DNA from: Ruditapes philippinarum
Taxonomy: Eukaryota
DNA: 64,000 nt
Reading direction: 5' to 3'
NCBI RefSeq assembly: GCF_026571515.1
Contig: NW_026861101.1
Coordinates: forward strand, 1-64,000
The first letter of the stretch is position 1. Each line of letters begins with the position of its first letter. The notes under the pieces were generated by a model, which worked only from the letters and a program-made list of their open reading frames with translations, was not told the origin of the DNA and made no database searches. Shown piece by piece: positions 27,571 to 42,485 of this stretch. The translations under genes and the position numbers were made by a program.

Positions 27571-30500
27571 TATTATATTTTATAACCTATTATAATCAGC
27601 TCAATGAAAGCCAGCTCAAAATTAAGTGTTTTATTTTGCAAAAGAAGGTTAGGTGAACGCTTAACATATTTGTGGAATGTGACCAGTTCAATCCAAGATC
27701 AGCCTAAAAACTGTTAATAGGATTCATTTGCTAAGCCTTGTCACGTTTAAATATCTAAAATGGACATGTCCATTCTGTAATCTACACGTAATCTACACGT
27801 AACCAAGAATTATTTTCCGAAAATATTCAATATATGTACTGTAAAGCTGTTTGAGGTATCTTGTTCTATTCTGGTCGTTTTGGTATAATCTGTTCCCACT
27901 ACCATATTTTTTACACCATTGTGTTAATTACTTCATTTCGTTCTTGTGTTCAACTCTTATACATGTTGGATATAGTATATATCTTGTACCAATATAAGGC
28001 ATCATTATACATGGGTTGTATATAAATAATTTCTCTGAATTTATTCGTGATTGATCACTGTCGTCTACATGTATGAACGGTTCAATTCTCATGTTACCTT
28101 TTTTGAGTGAGTAGCGTTGCTAATTAAAGAATGAGAGAAGCAATACTGTTTTTTGTTATCATCTGTTGTTTCATGAAAAAGGGTTAAAACAATCTATTTT
28201 AACCGAAAGCACGCACAGAATAATTATAAATTAGGTTTGTTTTTAATTCAATCTTAATGATGTTAGAAATAAACCAGTGTAATAACAACATTAATTCTGC
28301 AAGATTTTGTATGAGATAAACACAGATTTTATTTGTCGACATACACATAAACATACAATTGTATACAATTATTATCATAATTATGATATGTCTTAATGTT
28401 ATCAATTATGATGTTGTATGTGTTACTTAAATCAAATTGGTACATGATTTATATTCACTTTAGTTTATACAGAATTTAATTAAGTTCGATTGTGTAAGAA
28501 TATATGTAGATATGTAGACACACTCTCGAACCAACCAGCACAGAGCAATGAGTGTAAGGTGTCTTGTCACCACTTTAATTGACCTTTGTGCACCTTTATA
28601 AACCTTTATATTTGTTATACAAAACTGCACGCAAGAATACAAGTAACAAGTATTTGACGATGCAGACATTATTGTATGTCTTTTGGATTCAGACCAACTA
28701 AAATAGTATATTTCTTGGCATGATCCATGGTCTACCTGGGAATGCAAAGTCCATTATCACTATTTTGAATTACATATTACTCTTATGTTTGTCTTTCAGT
28801 GTTCTTCCACATTTTACATAATCAATTGATGCAAAGAATTTAAAATATGCTTGATCAAGATAATGCGTTGCTATGATTTTTGAACAACATAACATTCACA
28901 AACTCTTCAATATCGCTAGGAATTCAAAAGCTATTTCAGAAACAGTAGTTTTACTCTACTGAAATATTGTGTTACAAAACACAACAGTTTCAGTTTCATA
29001 TTTTATTAAACCAAGGCATATAATATTGTTCATTTCAACTACTTAGTTCAATACTACATGTATTTTAAATTATAACAATGGGAACGGAGAATGAGAAATA
29101 TTAATTATCTAAATAAACATAAAAATCGTGGGTGTTCTTTTCTGTATTAGAACAATAAAAACCCTTTGTCTTTAAGTACATAAAAAATATGAGAAAAAGC
29201 ACATATTTAATTTAGAATGATATTAAAGGTCAACGCATATTTCATATAAAATTGATATTAAACATGTAAACGATTGCAGAGTTCATAGCGGTATTTGATG
29301 CAAACATATCTAACCTAATCAAACTGAATAACCGTGCAAGTTATTTATCTTTAGCTGCTCCTTATTGGTTATTTATGCAATATCAAGAAATGCTTAAGGT
29401 TCAACTTAAAATCTTGCCAAGTGAACTGTTACAATGAACATTAAGAACCTTGACAGTAACAATGCTATGAATTGGAATACATATCAAGCAATGACAATTT
29501 AAAGTGACATATAGAGCAATATTATTTCTGATAACTAAGACTAGAATACATTCGTATTTTGTAAACAGTTTGTCTTAGATACATTTTCCAATTACTAAAC
29601 ATGTAACGGCAATATGCTTTTAAATTAGTAGATTACATACACTGGATTATTTGATATTGAATAGAACTTGCATTGAATAAATACTAACATTAAAGGAAAT
29701 TTAAATTTGAAATATTGGATATAATTTAATGTGGAACTTCGTTTAAACTTGAACATTTGAATATGATTAATTATGCATTATTTGAAATGTGCTTTAATTA
29801 ACTTTGATTAAAACGTATATAATTTAGCTACATATCGTATCCACTAAAATCAATATCATAAATATTCACATTAACAGGAAAGTTAAGAGATATAAAGCTG
29901 CACTGATATTTTTTGAAACTGAAGTATGTACATTAAATTTACCAAATGCTTAATATTATATTAATCAACATACTATTTATATTTAATATTCATATATCTC
30001 TTTTTCAGTTTAGATTTTTTAAAGATATATTTGAAGGAACACGGCATGAAATGAATATGGTAAAAATATAATTCATCCTTCGTAAATATATAAACATCAT
30101 AGTTACACAAAAATACTTTTCAACTACAGCTTAGATCGTCGCTAGATCGCATGGGATATGTTGTACATTTAAACAGCTCTTAAATTCAGTCAAACTCTGA
30201 AATTGTCTAATATCTTATATCTTTGCTGTCGGGGGGATTTAACTGTCTTGGAATTGTGGTCATTTCCTTCTGTTATCAGTGTCGGTTCATTAAATTTACA
30301 TCAAGTTTATACTCACGTGAGTAGATGATTTTAAATTTATTATAATCGACCTGAAACTTCATCTTATTAGCTTTTCAACGTTTCTTTCTAGAACCAGACG
30401 GTTAAAGTAAAACCTAAAATTCCATTTTAAACCGCTTTATTTGTAAATACAAATATGTTGAGCATTTGCCTGAAATATAGAGCTAAGTCATCTGTGCTGT

Positions 30501-33500
30501 CTGACAAGGATCAAATTATGATGACAGAGCAATTTGTTTATTATTTTGATATTGAAAAATAATTCTTTTAGGAATTCCACTGAGGTTCAAACGCTAACCG
30601 ACACACAATTTGAATTTCTTACATAGATAAACTTAGTCACTTCAACCGCGAAACTATGCAGAAGATAATAAAGATATATACTCAAAATGAAATTATTTGT
30701 TGATTTTAATTGCTATTCTTTTATGCACGAATTGAGTTTAAGGCGTTTAAATGATTTTCACAAACACAATAAAAGAAATAAAAAAGAGATATGATCTGAA
30801 ATGTTTTTAACATGATATTGTTCGAGATCTACATCAAATAAGACTCAAATATCTAACATATTGTCAGGACCTTCGTGCCCAAACATATCAATGGAGTTTC
30901 TTTAAACTTCAAACGGACTGTTTAAAATTAAAAAAAAAACATATCAGATCAATTACACTCATCAGCAAGATTACGAAAAGAACACTTCTGACCAAACAGA
31001 CTTACATTAAAATGGACTATTTGTCGATGTTGATTAACGTCTCTGGAAGGAAGCCTTCGTCATAAGACACATTACACAATCAATGATTTCACTTGCAGTC
31101 GTTATTGCTAAGCGAATATATATTTCAGTAATACAGCTAACTCAAAGTTTTATCTTATGTACAGTTATTTGAAAGAGAATATCTTTGTATTAATTTCGAA
31201 AGATTTATTGATGATAATAATAATTAAACATGTTATTGTAAATTAAAGATAAAGTTTTATAATCTGTAAAGTATTTGTATACGGAACATTATATTAGATA
31301 ATATGTTGTTTCTATAAAATATACGATTTCTTTTTCACTCAGTCAATTATTTAAGTTGGATATAAATACATGTTATCGGGTAAGATTTTAGATTTTCTTT
31401 TCTTTTAATCATTATGTCTCTTGACTGTGTGTGATCAAAAGTTCATGTATACAATCTAACATGTCAGAAATAAACAAAAAACGATTGCAAGAAAAAGTAA
31501 TGTAAGAATCGAATGCAATATCCTTACTCTTTAAAAAAATCAAAAGGCAATTAAGTGGGGAGCTTCCTCAAACAATCAAAAACGAAACTTTTCGTAAAGC
31601 TCAAAACAGTCGTAAACAAAACAGAAAATTAAAGAAAAAACACATTTAACTTTATCTGTCATTTCTTATGTACATGTATTAATTTACCAATATAAATGTG
31701 TCTTAATTTTTATCATAGCAAAGTAAAGTGTGAATATTTGTCCTAACTACATGAACTAAATTGTTTATAAAAAATAATCGTGTGGTTTAGAAAATAAAGT
31801 TTAAAGAGAGATGTTAATAAGTTGTTTTCTTTATATCTATATCACAATCATAAACTTGCATTGTGCATATTTTACAGATTACTGTGCGCGATTATCTACA
31901 GTGTAAAATGTAAATAGCATGCATAAAAACATTTTAACCAGGCAAGTTTTACCACTTTTATAATACTTTATATAATAATAATAATATTTTACAATTATTT
32001 TCTTCTTTTACGAAACCTTCATTATCTCATCGTATACGTTAATTACGATGACTGCAATGTGTTACTGTTACAATTGTTTACAACTTTAACAATACTGCAA
32101 CCCCCAAATGCAATATTTTGTCACTTTTACAACACTTTCACCACGTTTGAAAATATTTTGACAAATGTAAACAACTAGACACGGTAATCTTAATATTCAA
32201 TCCAAACTCACAATTGTTTGTTTTACATTTTTACTTGCTTGAAATGTTTATTGTTCGTATTTGAATGAATAAAAGGCCTAATTAAATCTTGATTTAGTCT
32301 TTGTTGTTACATTCTTGACAACAAAGCTAAAATACGCTGAAAGGCCAACATATGTTTGACATGGAGAAACAGCTCCAACAGGTTTTTTCTTTCTTTCTAG
32401 ATTGTCATAAAATGTGTCAGGATGTCGTATAAAAAGGTATAATTAATTACTTTAATGGCCATATTGATCGTATTATTATGCTATAACATTATTAAATGCC
32501 TTATCATTTTACGGGATCAAATTATACAGGAAAACTGAAGATGATACTAGCTTTTTATTGTTGTTGTCATATTTTTCTACCTTTGTACCAAAATAATATG
32601 TATACATGAACAATTATAGGGCTTATTACATTTTACCATATGGTAAAAAATTAAAACTTAGATAATTAAGTTTAAAATTTAAGTTTTTTTTTAAAAAATT
32701 GTCTTTTGACGTCATATCTGTGATACGCAGGCTTCATAACCTCAGATCCCCTTTCAAAATTCCATTTTATTTTGTTCCGCCCATTGTTTTCTCGTTTAAG
32801 ACACAAGCATTCTTTTACTTGGGGACCATACGCCGCTTTTTATGGAACAGCACTAGTGTGTCACATTGAAGGTTCCATGATAACCGCCGTATTAACACAT
32901 ATGCGGATGTTCCTAAATTCATAATTTCTTCATTTTCGTGTTAAATGTTGAATTCTGCTAAAGCCGGTGCTAGGGGGCGTGGACGGTAACTCGCACTTTC
33001 CATTACCGTCCATAAACAGGCTCAATCAAACCGAGCCTGCAACATTTTCAATTTTGTCGTGTTGGTATTTCTTTAGGGATTCTCTTTTCTCTATTTAAAT
33101 GTTAGTGGGGACAAGGCCTTTATGATATATACTCAATCACTTAAAACTCTATCAACACACCGCCTCCGTGGTCGAGAGGTTAGAGTCGATGACTTTTAAT
33201 CCAGTTACCTCTCTGGCGTGGGTTCGATCCCGTTGGAGATGCTTTGGTAGTTTAGCGCGGAGGAAGGTAGTCTAGTACTGGTGTAACTCTCCAGGATCGA
33301 TGGTTAGGAAACTACCCGCCTATATGACTGAAATACTGTTGGAGTCGTAAAATGAAACAAACAAACAAACAAAAACTCTATCAACATATTTTTTCACAAA
33401 ACATTTTATTCATACATTTTTATTCTTTTATCACTATCAATATGTGAAATAATTTCGTAAAATATGTGTCCACAGTAAACTTATCCACTTTAGGCACTTT

Positions 33501-35040
33501 CAGATTAAAGCAAAATGACGACTGAAATATGAAATTGCAAAAACTATTAAAGTCTTATTTAGCTCTTTATATAAGGATACAGTACGATGTAATGCTTCCT
33601 AAGCTAAAGTAATAATTTACAAAATTATTTTATTAGTTTAACTTAAAGAATAAACACACTTTTAAATATGTAATGAAAAAAGAAAGGAAAGAAAGAAAAA
33701 AACGCTTATTTGTCTTTTATTAATCATGTAATGTTGAATATTTCTTAATTCATATCATTATTAAGATAAGTGTGAGAATTTTATATATCACTTATATTTA
33801 AAATATATATAAGTTATATATATTATTATGTATTGAAATGATTCTGAGAAATCTGATTTGGAATGGCATAGTGTTAAAGACCTGACAGGAACAAATACAG
33901 TGATATATCTTTGTCTGATATAATGTGTCTATACTTCGGACGTGAATGATGTATATATGTATAGGTATAACACACATAGAACTAATTATAACTTGTAAAT
34001 TACTATTTAAGACACATCATGTAGTAATTTTATAAATTATATTCAAATCGTATGATATTACAGTTGAGAACATAGGGGGAATTTTTATCAGCTCTAAAGA
34101 AAATCTATATATTCAATAACGCATGGAAACACATGGAATCTAAGACAATAAAGACGCAGCAAAAAATGACGGTAATGTCTCTTTTTATGAAGTCATTTAT
34201 ATCGACACTCAACCTTTTGCATAGATCCAATATCTGTATCGATCAATATAGTTAATTTAATAGGCAGATCTAAATAAAGCTCGTCATAGCATTGTCATGT
34301 TATGCAAACCAGTATAAAAAGGCGCCCAACACCTTTCGAAAAGTTATAAAATTTCAATGCATATCCTGTTTATAGTTTCAGCAAAAGAGACCAAATGGCA
34401 TATTAGCGTTACTTACAAAACATGAAGCAATATATTGATGCAGTAAAAGTTAACATGATTAACGTTTTAACATGATCGGTAGCTCGTTTTTCTCCAACAA
34501 ATTTAATAAAAAGTTCTGGATCGATTTAGGAAATAATTACCTCGTATCCTGCAGTTTCATTATTGAAGTGCTGCAATAAAAGAGAAAGTTAAAGAAAGTA
34601 TTTTATAAGGAATGTTAGCGTTTTAAGCTTTTGTTTTACGTCTCAGGAACACTGTAAGTCGTATTGCAACTTTCCATCTTCTTTGTTGACCACAGGTGGC
34701 CCTCCATGCATAAGTTCAGGCACGAACAGGCACCTAAGTTCATCCAAGGACGTACCGCACTGGATCTGTATAACAATGCCACATAAAACCGCATTAGTAC
34801 TGCGTTATTACAATGTCGATTTATTTTACATCGCAAGAAATATACATGTAATATACTTTTGGTAAACACTTCACGGTTTGGTCACTACAACGACTTCAAA
34901 GCATACACGGCGAGCAACTGCATCCTACGGAGTTTTATATAGCAATTGTGTACGCTCGTAATGCGCATCTACTGCATTCTCCGCGCTTTAACAGTGCAAA
35001 TATGACATCTTGCAGAACGCCGTCCAATATATCTACATTC
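27570..35040 (+). repeat. ~7.5-kb direct duplication of ~36715-46370 (blocks A'+B+C)
   Basis: Near-identical stretches, e.g. 28010-28350 vs 37150-37490 and 34270-34580 vs 45200-45510; colinear apart from TE indels. Confidence 0.93.
33158..33371 (+). mobile_element. tRNA-derived SINE with (AAAC)n tail and 15-bp TSD
   Basis: A box GTGGTCGAGAGG, B box GGTTCGATCCC; TSD AAAACTCTATCAACA at 33143-57 and 33372-86; empty site at ~44300. Confidence 0.9.
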
Positions 35041-37571
35041 GCCATGATTTTCTTTTATTCATCGGCAACACATAATTTTCTTCTTTATCTTTATAAATAT
35101 ACACAACATCACTTATTCCGCGTCATCACTTATCTCACGGTAATGGCATATTTTCATGTGACCAGCATTAAAATTGGTCAGAATTGACATATTTTATTCA
35201 AACACCTTAGCAACAAAGTTTTTGTGCAAAATAATCTAAATCTATAGATTTTTACGTAAAACTGAAAAACATTTTACAAACTTCTGCAAAAAACAAAAAT
35301 TGTCCATTAAATTTGTGCATACGTCTGAAACAATCATCTTTTTCTAAATGTTCTTGTTTGTTGAAAAAATAAATTTTGAGTTACAATGTAAAGATACTTT
35401 TAATATTTAAAATTATGCAAAATGACGGAAAGAAATTTTAACTGAAACATGAAAAAACTGAAATAAAACACCATTACCGCGAGTTAAATGATGTTTTCAA
35501 AATGGCCGACACACGGTCTACATCTGACAAATTAAAACTAATTTTGATTGAATATTGTTGTTTCCTTGTGCCATATAGCAGAAAAATGACTAAATGATAC
35601 AGTTTATGACAGTTTTTGTAGTGTAAGTTTATTGTTTGTGTTCTTTAATGTTTTAAAGTGTTAAGTACCGCCAAAGTACCGTGAACTAAGAGGAGCACAG
35701 TATACTTCCTGTTATCGTATACCATTCTTAGTTACAGTTAATCCTATACAACTTGTAATTTGAATTAAAGTAAGCTGTTTCACGTGCCAATAATATCATA
35801 TCAGGACATTTTATGTTGTGCATTACGAGATAAGAAAGGCCTCTGGCACTCTATATTTTCCTCTTGTCTTCACCAAATATATGTTTTATATAGCTGTATT
35901 TAAACTTAAACATCATTTTGTTTATCATTTTGTCAAGTGTTTATCTTTTGATGATTTGAGTGAATCATTAAATTCTTTTATTTGTAATTTTGAATAGCTG
36001 AAATAATACTTAATTGTTATCTTCATTGAAAATAATATGGAAGTGTATATTTGTATATAAGGATAGGGTGTTTAATTTGTTTTGATAAAATAGTTCATAT
36101 GATTATGCTCTAATATCGTGACATTAATAAACTCCTTATTGAGAAAAATATTAGGTGTTATATTTGAACAATTAAATTTTGAAAACTTTTAAACTTATAA
36201 GGAGAACAATTGTTCAGAGACTTTCAGACTCACTTTATTTAATCTCGTTGCTAAATTGCTAGACACATCCAGAATTTCTGTGAACGTTTTGTACGTTTTT
36301 TTTTTATTCAATTATTACATAATATCTTGAAATATCTAACCAATTTACACTAATTTAAAAACGTTTATCGACGTAATTCATGTAATATGAATTTGCATAA
36401 TTTGTTGTTTACATGTGCAAATATCATGCAGAGAGAACTGTACCATTTGCATTATAAACAATTTTCTATTATATTGGTATGATAATGAGATGCAAATGAT
36501 AAGACCTGGGGAAAAATGGAAAATGTTCAAATTTTCTTGAATTATTCAGGAAATAAATGACATAATAATGTAGTAAACCTTTGTCGTTCATCTGTGCATT
36601 GAGAAAAGATTTTTTTATTTTTTACGTCAACCTTTAAAAAATGGCCTCTGACATTTCGAAACTCTCTATAGAATAACTGCAGTCAAATGTCAATGGCTAG
36701 TACACATTAATATGTTATATTTTATAACCTATTATAATCAGCTCAATGAAAGCCAGCTTAAAATTAAGTGTTTTATTTTGCAAAAGAAGGTAAGGTGAAC
36801 GCTTAACATATTTGTGGAATGTGACCAGTTCAATCCAAGATTAGCCTGAAAACTGTTAATGGGATTCATGATACATTTGCTAAGCCTCGCCACGTTTAAA
36901 TATCTAAAATGGACATGTCCATTCTGTAATCTACACGTAACCATGTATCATTTTTCCGAAAATATTCAATATATGTACTGTAAAGCTGTTTGAGGTTATC
37001 TTGTTCTATTCTTGTCGTTTTGGTACAATCTGTTCCCACTCCCGTATGTTTTACATCATTGTGTTAATTACTTCATTTCGTTTTTGTGTTCAACTCTTAT
37101 ACATGTTTGATATAGTATATATCTTGTACCAATATAAGGCATCAATATACAGGGGTTGTATATAAATAATTTCTCTGAATTTATTCGTGATTGATCACTG
37201 TCGTCTACATGTATGAACGGTTCAATTCTCATGTTACCTTTTTTGAGTGAGTAGCGTTGCTAATTAAAGAATGAGAGAAGCAATACTGTTTTTTGTTATC
37301 ATCTGTTGTTTCATGAAAAAGGGTTAAAACAATCTATTTTAACCGAAAGCACGCACAGAATAATTAAGAATTAGGTTTGTTTTTAATTTAATCTTAATGA
37401 TGTTAGAAATAAACCATTGTAATCACAACATTAATTCTGCAAGATTTTGTATGAGATAAACACAGATTCTATTTGTCGACATACGCATAAATATACAATT
37501 GTATACAATCATTATCATAATAATCACACTCTCGAACCAACCAGCACAGAGCAATGAGTGTAAGGTGTCTT

Positions 37572-37668
37572 GCTTAAGGAAACTACGACTTGCTCTAGAC
37601 AGGGGGTTGAACCAAAGTGGCTAGCGATCCTCGTATTACTCGTCCGATACGTTAAACGCTCGGCAATT
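37572..37668 (-). mobile_element. SINE head fragment (~97-bp indel relative to the paralog at 28567)
   Basis: ggggttgaacc...acgttaaacgctcggc lies between aaggtgtcttg and tcaccactttaa, which are contiguous in the other copy. Confidence 0.55.
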
Positions 37669-39882
37669 TCACCACTTTAATTGACCTTTGTGCACCTTTA
37701 TATACCTTTATATTTGTTATACAAAAATGCACGTAAGAATACAAGTAAAACAAGTATTTGACGATGCAGACATTATTGTATGTCTTTTGGATTCAGACCA
37801 ACTAAAAATAGTATATTTCTTGGCATGATCCAAGGTCTATCTTGGAATGCAAAGTACATTATCACTATTTTGAATTACATATTACTCTGACGTTTGTCTT
37901 TCAGTGTTCTTCTACATTTTACATAATCAATTGATGCAAAGAATTCGAAATATGCTTGAGCAAGATTTTTTGTTTCAATGAGTTTTCAACAGCATCAATT
38001 TCACAAGCTGTTCAATATCGGTATGAATTCAAAAGCTATACCAGAAACAGTTGTGTTGCTCTACCGAAATATTGTGCCACAAAACACAACATAAAAAACG
38101 TGTGTGTGTTTTTTTTTGTATTGGAACAATGAAAACCCTCTATCTTTAACGTACGTAAAATAATTATGAGTAAAAAACACATATTCAATTAAGTATGATA
38201 TTAAAGACCACACATATTTCGTATACAATTATAAAATTGATATTAAACATCTAAATGATTGCAGCGTTCATAGGGGTCTTTGATGCAAATATATCCAAAC
38301 TGAATAACCTTGCAAGTTATTCTCTTTTGCTGCTCCTTATTGGTTAATTATACAATATCAAAAAATACTAAAGGTTTCCAATTTAGAATCTTGACAAGTG
38401 AACAATGAAAAATTAGCAAATTGACAGAATTGGTATGCATATCAAATAATAACAATATATAGTGTCATATAGAGATAACGTAGACTAGAATACATTCGTA
38501 TTTTGTAAACTTTGGTGCGCAATTCTAAGATACAGTATCCAATTTATTTGATTTATTTGATATATTTTATAGACTTTACATTGAGTAAAATACTAGCATT
38601 CGAGGGCATTTGAAATATTGAATACAAACTAATGTGCATTTGATTTAAACTTAAACATTTGAATATGCTTCATTATGCTTTATTGGAAATGTGCTTTAAT
38701 TGACTTTGATTAAAACGTACTACAAACTGCTATATACTATAGCTACATATCGTATTTCAAAATGCACCCATTAAAATCCTAAAACCAATATTATAAATAT
38801 ACACATCAACAAGAGATTTCATGCTGCACTGATATCTTTAGAAACTGAAGTACAATGTATGTACAATAACAACTGATTAATTAATCATATTAATTAGCAT
38901 AGTATTTATATTTAATATTCATATATTTCTTATTCAGTTTAGCTTTTCTTTAATATAAAGCTATACCTTAAGGAACGCGACATGTCAGGAATATTGTTAT
39001 AAAAGAATTTATCCTATTTAAAATATATATACAGTTATATCAAAATATTTTTTCAACTTGAACTAATATCGTTGGTAGATCGCATGGGATACGGCGTACA
39101 TTTTAATAGATCTAAATTCGATTCAACTGAGCCTAAAATTGTCTAATATGTTATATCTCTGCTGTCGGGTTATCTACCTGTCTCAGAATTGTTGTCATTC
39201 CATTCCGTTATCAGTGTCGGTTTAGCAAATAAACATAAAGTTTTAACTCACGTAAGGAATTGTTTATACATTTATCATGATCAACCTAAAAGCTCATCTT
39301 ATTAGATTTTCAACATTTTTTTTGTTTTGTTGTTTTTGTTTTGTTTTTGTCTTTTTTTTTGGGGGGGGGGCATGGTGTTTTGTTTTTCTAACTTGAAGAA
39401 TGAATGATACAGACAAATTTGGTGAGCATTTTGTCTCAAATATAGAGACAGATCATCTTTGCAGTCTGACAAGGCTCTAATAATGTTGGAAGAGCAATAT
39501 ATTTATTAGTTTGATATTGTAATACTTTTAAGGAATTCCACTTTGGTCCAAACGCCTACCGACACAAAATTTGAGTTTCTTATATAGATAAACTGGGGCA
39601 CTTAAACCAGAAAAGTATGCAGAAGATAATAACTAAATATACTCAAAATGAATTAAAAATATATGTTAAGTGCTATTCTTATCACGAATTGAGTTACAGG
39701 CCTTGATTGTGTCATTTCACACAAATAAAATGAAACAAAAATAAGATTTTCCGGAAAAACGGAGATGATCTGAACATTTTAACATGATATTTGTCCAAGT
39801 CTATATCATGCACTACTCAAATCTCCAGAATAGTGTCAGACCCGTCGTGCCCAAACACCTCAATGGATTTTAAAACTTTAAA

Positions 39883-42485
39883 CTATAGTCTGTCCCATTA
39901 AAAAAGGAAATAAACTTTTGCCTGGTGTGAATTAACAAAACGAGGTTGAATAAAAATTTAACTATTTTTGTAAACTAAAAAAAAGTCACCCTCGAGATTT
40001 TTCAGGATTTTATTCTAAAGTGTCTACTTTTCTTGTGAAAGCAAATTTTGATTTCTCTATGGAAAATCTCTGTTGTTTATTTTCCGTAGCCATTGCCGAA
40101 GTACTCTTCATTTGAAGATGAACGGGAGAAAGCACGTGCCATGTTTCTAAAATATACATGAGGTTCTCGGGGTCGTTTCATGATTATTTTAAAAAGCTGG
40201 ATCTACAAGATGTAATAGTTTAGTTGCAATGCATGATGGAAAACTTTAAAAAAAAAGAGAAAAATAAGCAACAAGAACACCGAGTCACATGGATAAAAGA
40301 TTTAGAAATTACACTTACTTTTAAGCTGAATAGAATTCCTATGAATTTCGGAATAGATCTTTATAAACGTCACTTCTGAAGATTCCTTCATTGCCAGTTT
40401 CAGAATTCTATCCAGTCCCGTAGATCCGATTTTTTTACTTTGAAACTCCTAAATGACATGACTCCTACACTTATGATGATCCAGATTTTTTAAACTGTTA
40501 ATGCGTCTCATTATTAAAACATTGTTCAATTTGTGGAGTTATCTGGGTTAGCAAATGAAATATGTAAATGAAACACATCATAATTCAGCATGTTCCAAAT
40601 CTATAATTCAAGAACGGCCCATCAATTTTAGTTGTCAACATCACAATGCTTTTAACTGTTGAAAATGGATTCCTGGAAAAAAACTGTATAAATTACGTCA
40701 ACAACAATTTACAAAATATATGACGTAACAAAAATGCCTCGCGCTTTTTATGGATGATTCCAGTTGCGGCATTGACAGAGAGCGGTTAGGCATGCATATG
40801 TAACCTCAAACAGATAATTTTAAGCGTTGAGATGAATTTGTCTTGATGACATTTAAAATAATTTTTGTATAACCAGATTTTGCAACTTAACTGTAAAAAA
40901 TAGACCTTCTATTCATATATAAATAATAAAACTTTTGATAACATTTAAATAATTTTAAACACACTTAATGACATGAATACTTCTTACATCAATTACATAT
41001 AACATTCGTTTTGATTTTATGTTTTTAAACTATTTTACATATTTCTCAGAAATAATATTTTCATGACTTCTGTAAATCCTACTCTTTTAGCTACAAAATA
41101 TACAATACGCGGTATTTTTCTCCCGCGAAAAATATGCTAGAATTATGGCTTTTTCACTGAATATTTTTAAATTTTAGGAAGGCTAAAATTATTGAGAAAG
41201 TCACTCGGTGTTTCTCTTTGACTCGATCTCCTCTTCATATTAACATAAAAATTATATGTTACACTTTGAGTCTAAAATAACACGCTTATTGAAAAATCCA
41301 ATTCAAACTTATTCTTAATAATATCAAATCACTGACATTTTGTTGAACTGTGAGACGGGAAGTTAAATTTGTATTTACGAACTTTAAGTGTATAGGCCTA
41401 CGTTTGATTGCTCAAACTAGAAAGCATGATATTATATTCTTATAATTTACATTTTCCTCGAACGCGAGTCTGTGTTCTCTCGTTAGTGAGGGAGTTAGTT
41501 AAAGTTGACACTGTGGTAACAAGCAAACCAATTCTGAACGTATAGTGAATCAGTTTTCCTTTCTATATATTTCTTGTCAGATTTGCATGATAAAGTAGTA
41601 TTTGTTGGCGATTTCTTGTGAAAGTTGAAACCTACGGAAATTTTTAGCGCACGAACATCGCACCCGAAATAAGAAGGGTAACATTCTTGTATCCCATCGA
41701 ACCTGGTCAATTTAATTATTTGAATAGAAGTGATACATACTAATGAACAGAATTCAGACAACTACATAATTGTGTAAATTAAACATGAATAAGCGAAGAA
41801 CCATTTTTTTAGTCTTCTAGCTGGGTCATGTGGGGGTTGCGTTCATTGAACGCCGCCTTTCCTTGTTGATCTTGTTTATCATATTCTAGCTAGTGTTCCC
41901 GCTCCCCTACGACATGTTGCGGTAATTAAGATACGCACTTTATTGGAAAGCTATCTTATCAAATCACTTCATTGTTCTTTTTATCTTAGAAAAATACGAC
42001 AGTTTATCATGGTAATTAATTTAATCTTTGTGTGTTAGAATTTATAAAGCGGCTAGCGATATTTTTGCTTTAAATGATTTAGATTATTTGAAATAATAGT
42101 TTGCTAGTAAAATTGCCTTTTTGACACCAACTTTGTTCTCATTTTTCATTTTAATGATAACATTTAGCTATTGATCAGTAAGTAAATAAGAATAATTGAA
42201 TTTTTTATAATTACCGAGTACATTTCACTGTAATTGTGAGACGAACCCTAAATGACGTCTATATGGGCGCCGCCATTTTGAAATGGACGTCACGTCAGGT
42301 TACAACGTAAGTCAACGGGAAAAAATATAAATTTAACATTTTAACCACATTACTGACTTTATGAAAAAAATGAAAAACATGCCTAGAGATATTGACGTCA
42401 GGGTTAAGATGACATTAATTTAAATGATTTTACTATTATATCAAATAAAAAATGGAATGTTCAAATTTGATGGGACAGACTATAG
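39883..42485. mobile_element. 2.6-kb non-autonomous DNA transposon
   Basis: TIR CTATAGTCTGTCCCAT(T/C)AAA at both ends (TSD is TA or CTATAG, ambiguous); absent from block B copies 1 and 2; no transposase ORF. Confidence 0.85.

Larger units (their letters stand above)
22696..34620 (+). pseudogene. Decayed LRR-hinge-7TM module array, GRL101/LGR-like (middle segment)
   Basis: LRRs: FHLKILTSEQRKISSLTVTML 24057, YLKERDMTG 25048, NKLFSLYLYHNHKL 31816. One-frame hinge+TM1: YLCC..C..ILT*GDDITFIMLNLKVHLIRF 25229-25384. ERFI at 26221 and 31198. TM5 FLFLNLLCLL 26417. SLCCY at 27282 and 32296. TM5 IMICLNVI..VT*IKL and TM6 AMSVRCLVTTLIDLCAPL in one frame 28362-28598. VLDRF..YP 34513. Confidence 0.7.

Noticed and set aside
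33158-33235. tRNA gene
   Set aside because: A and B boxes are present but there is no clean cloverleaf, and it continues into a body, an (AAAC)n tail and a TSD, so it is a SINE.
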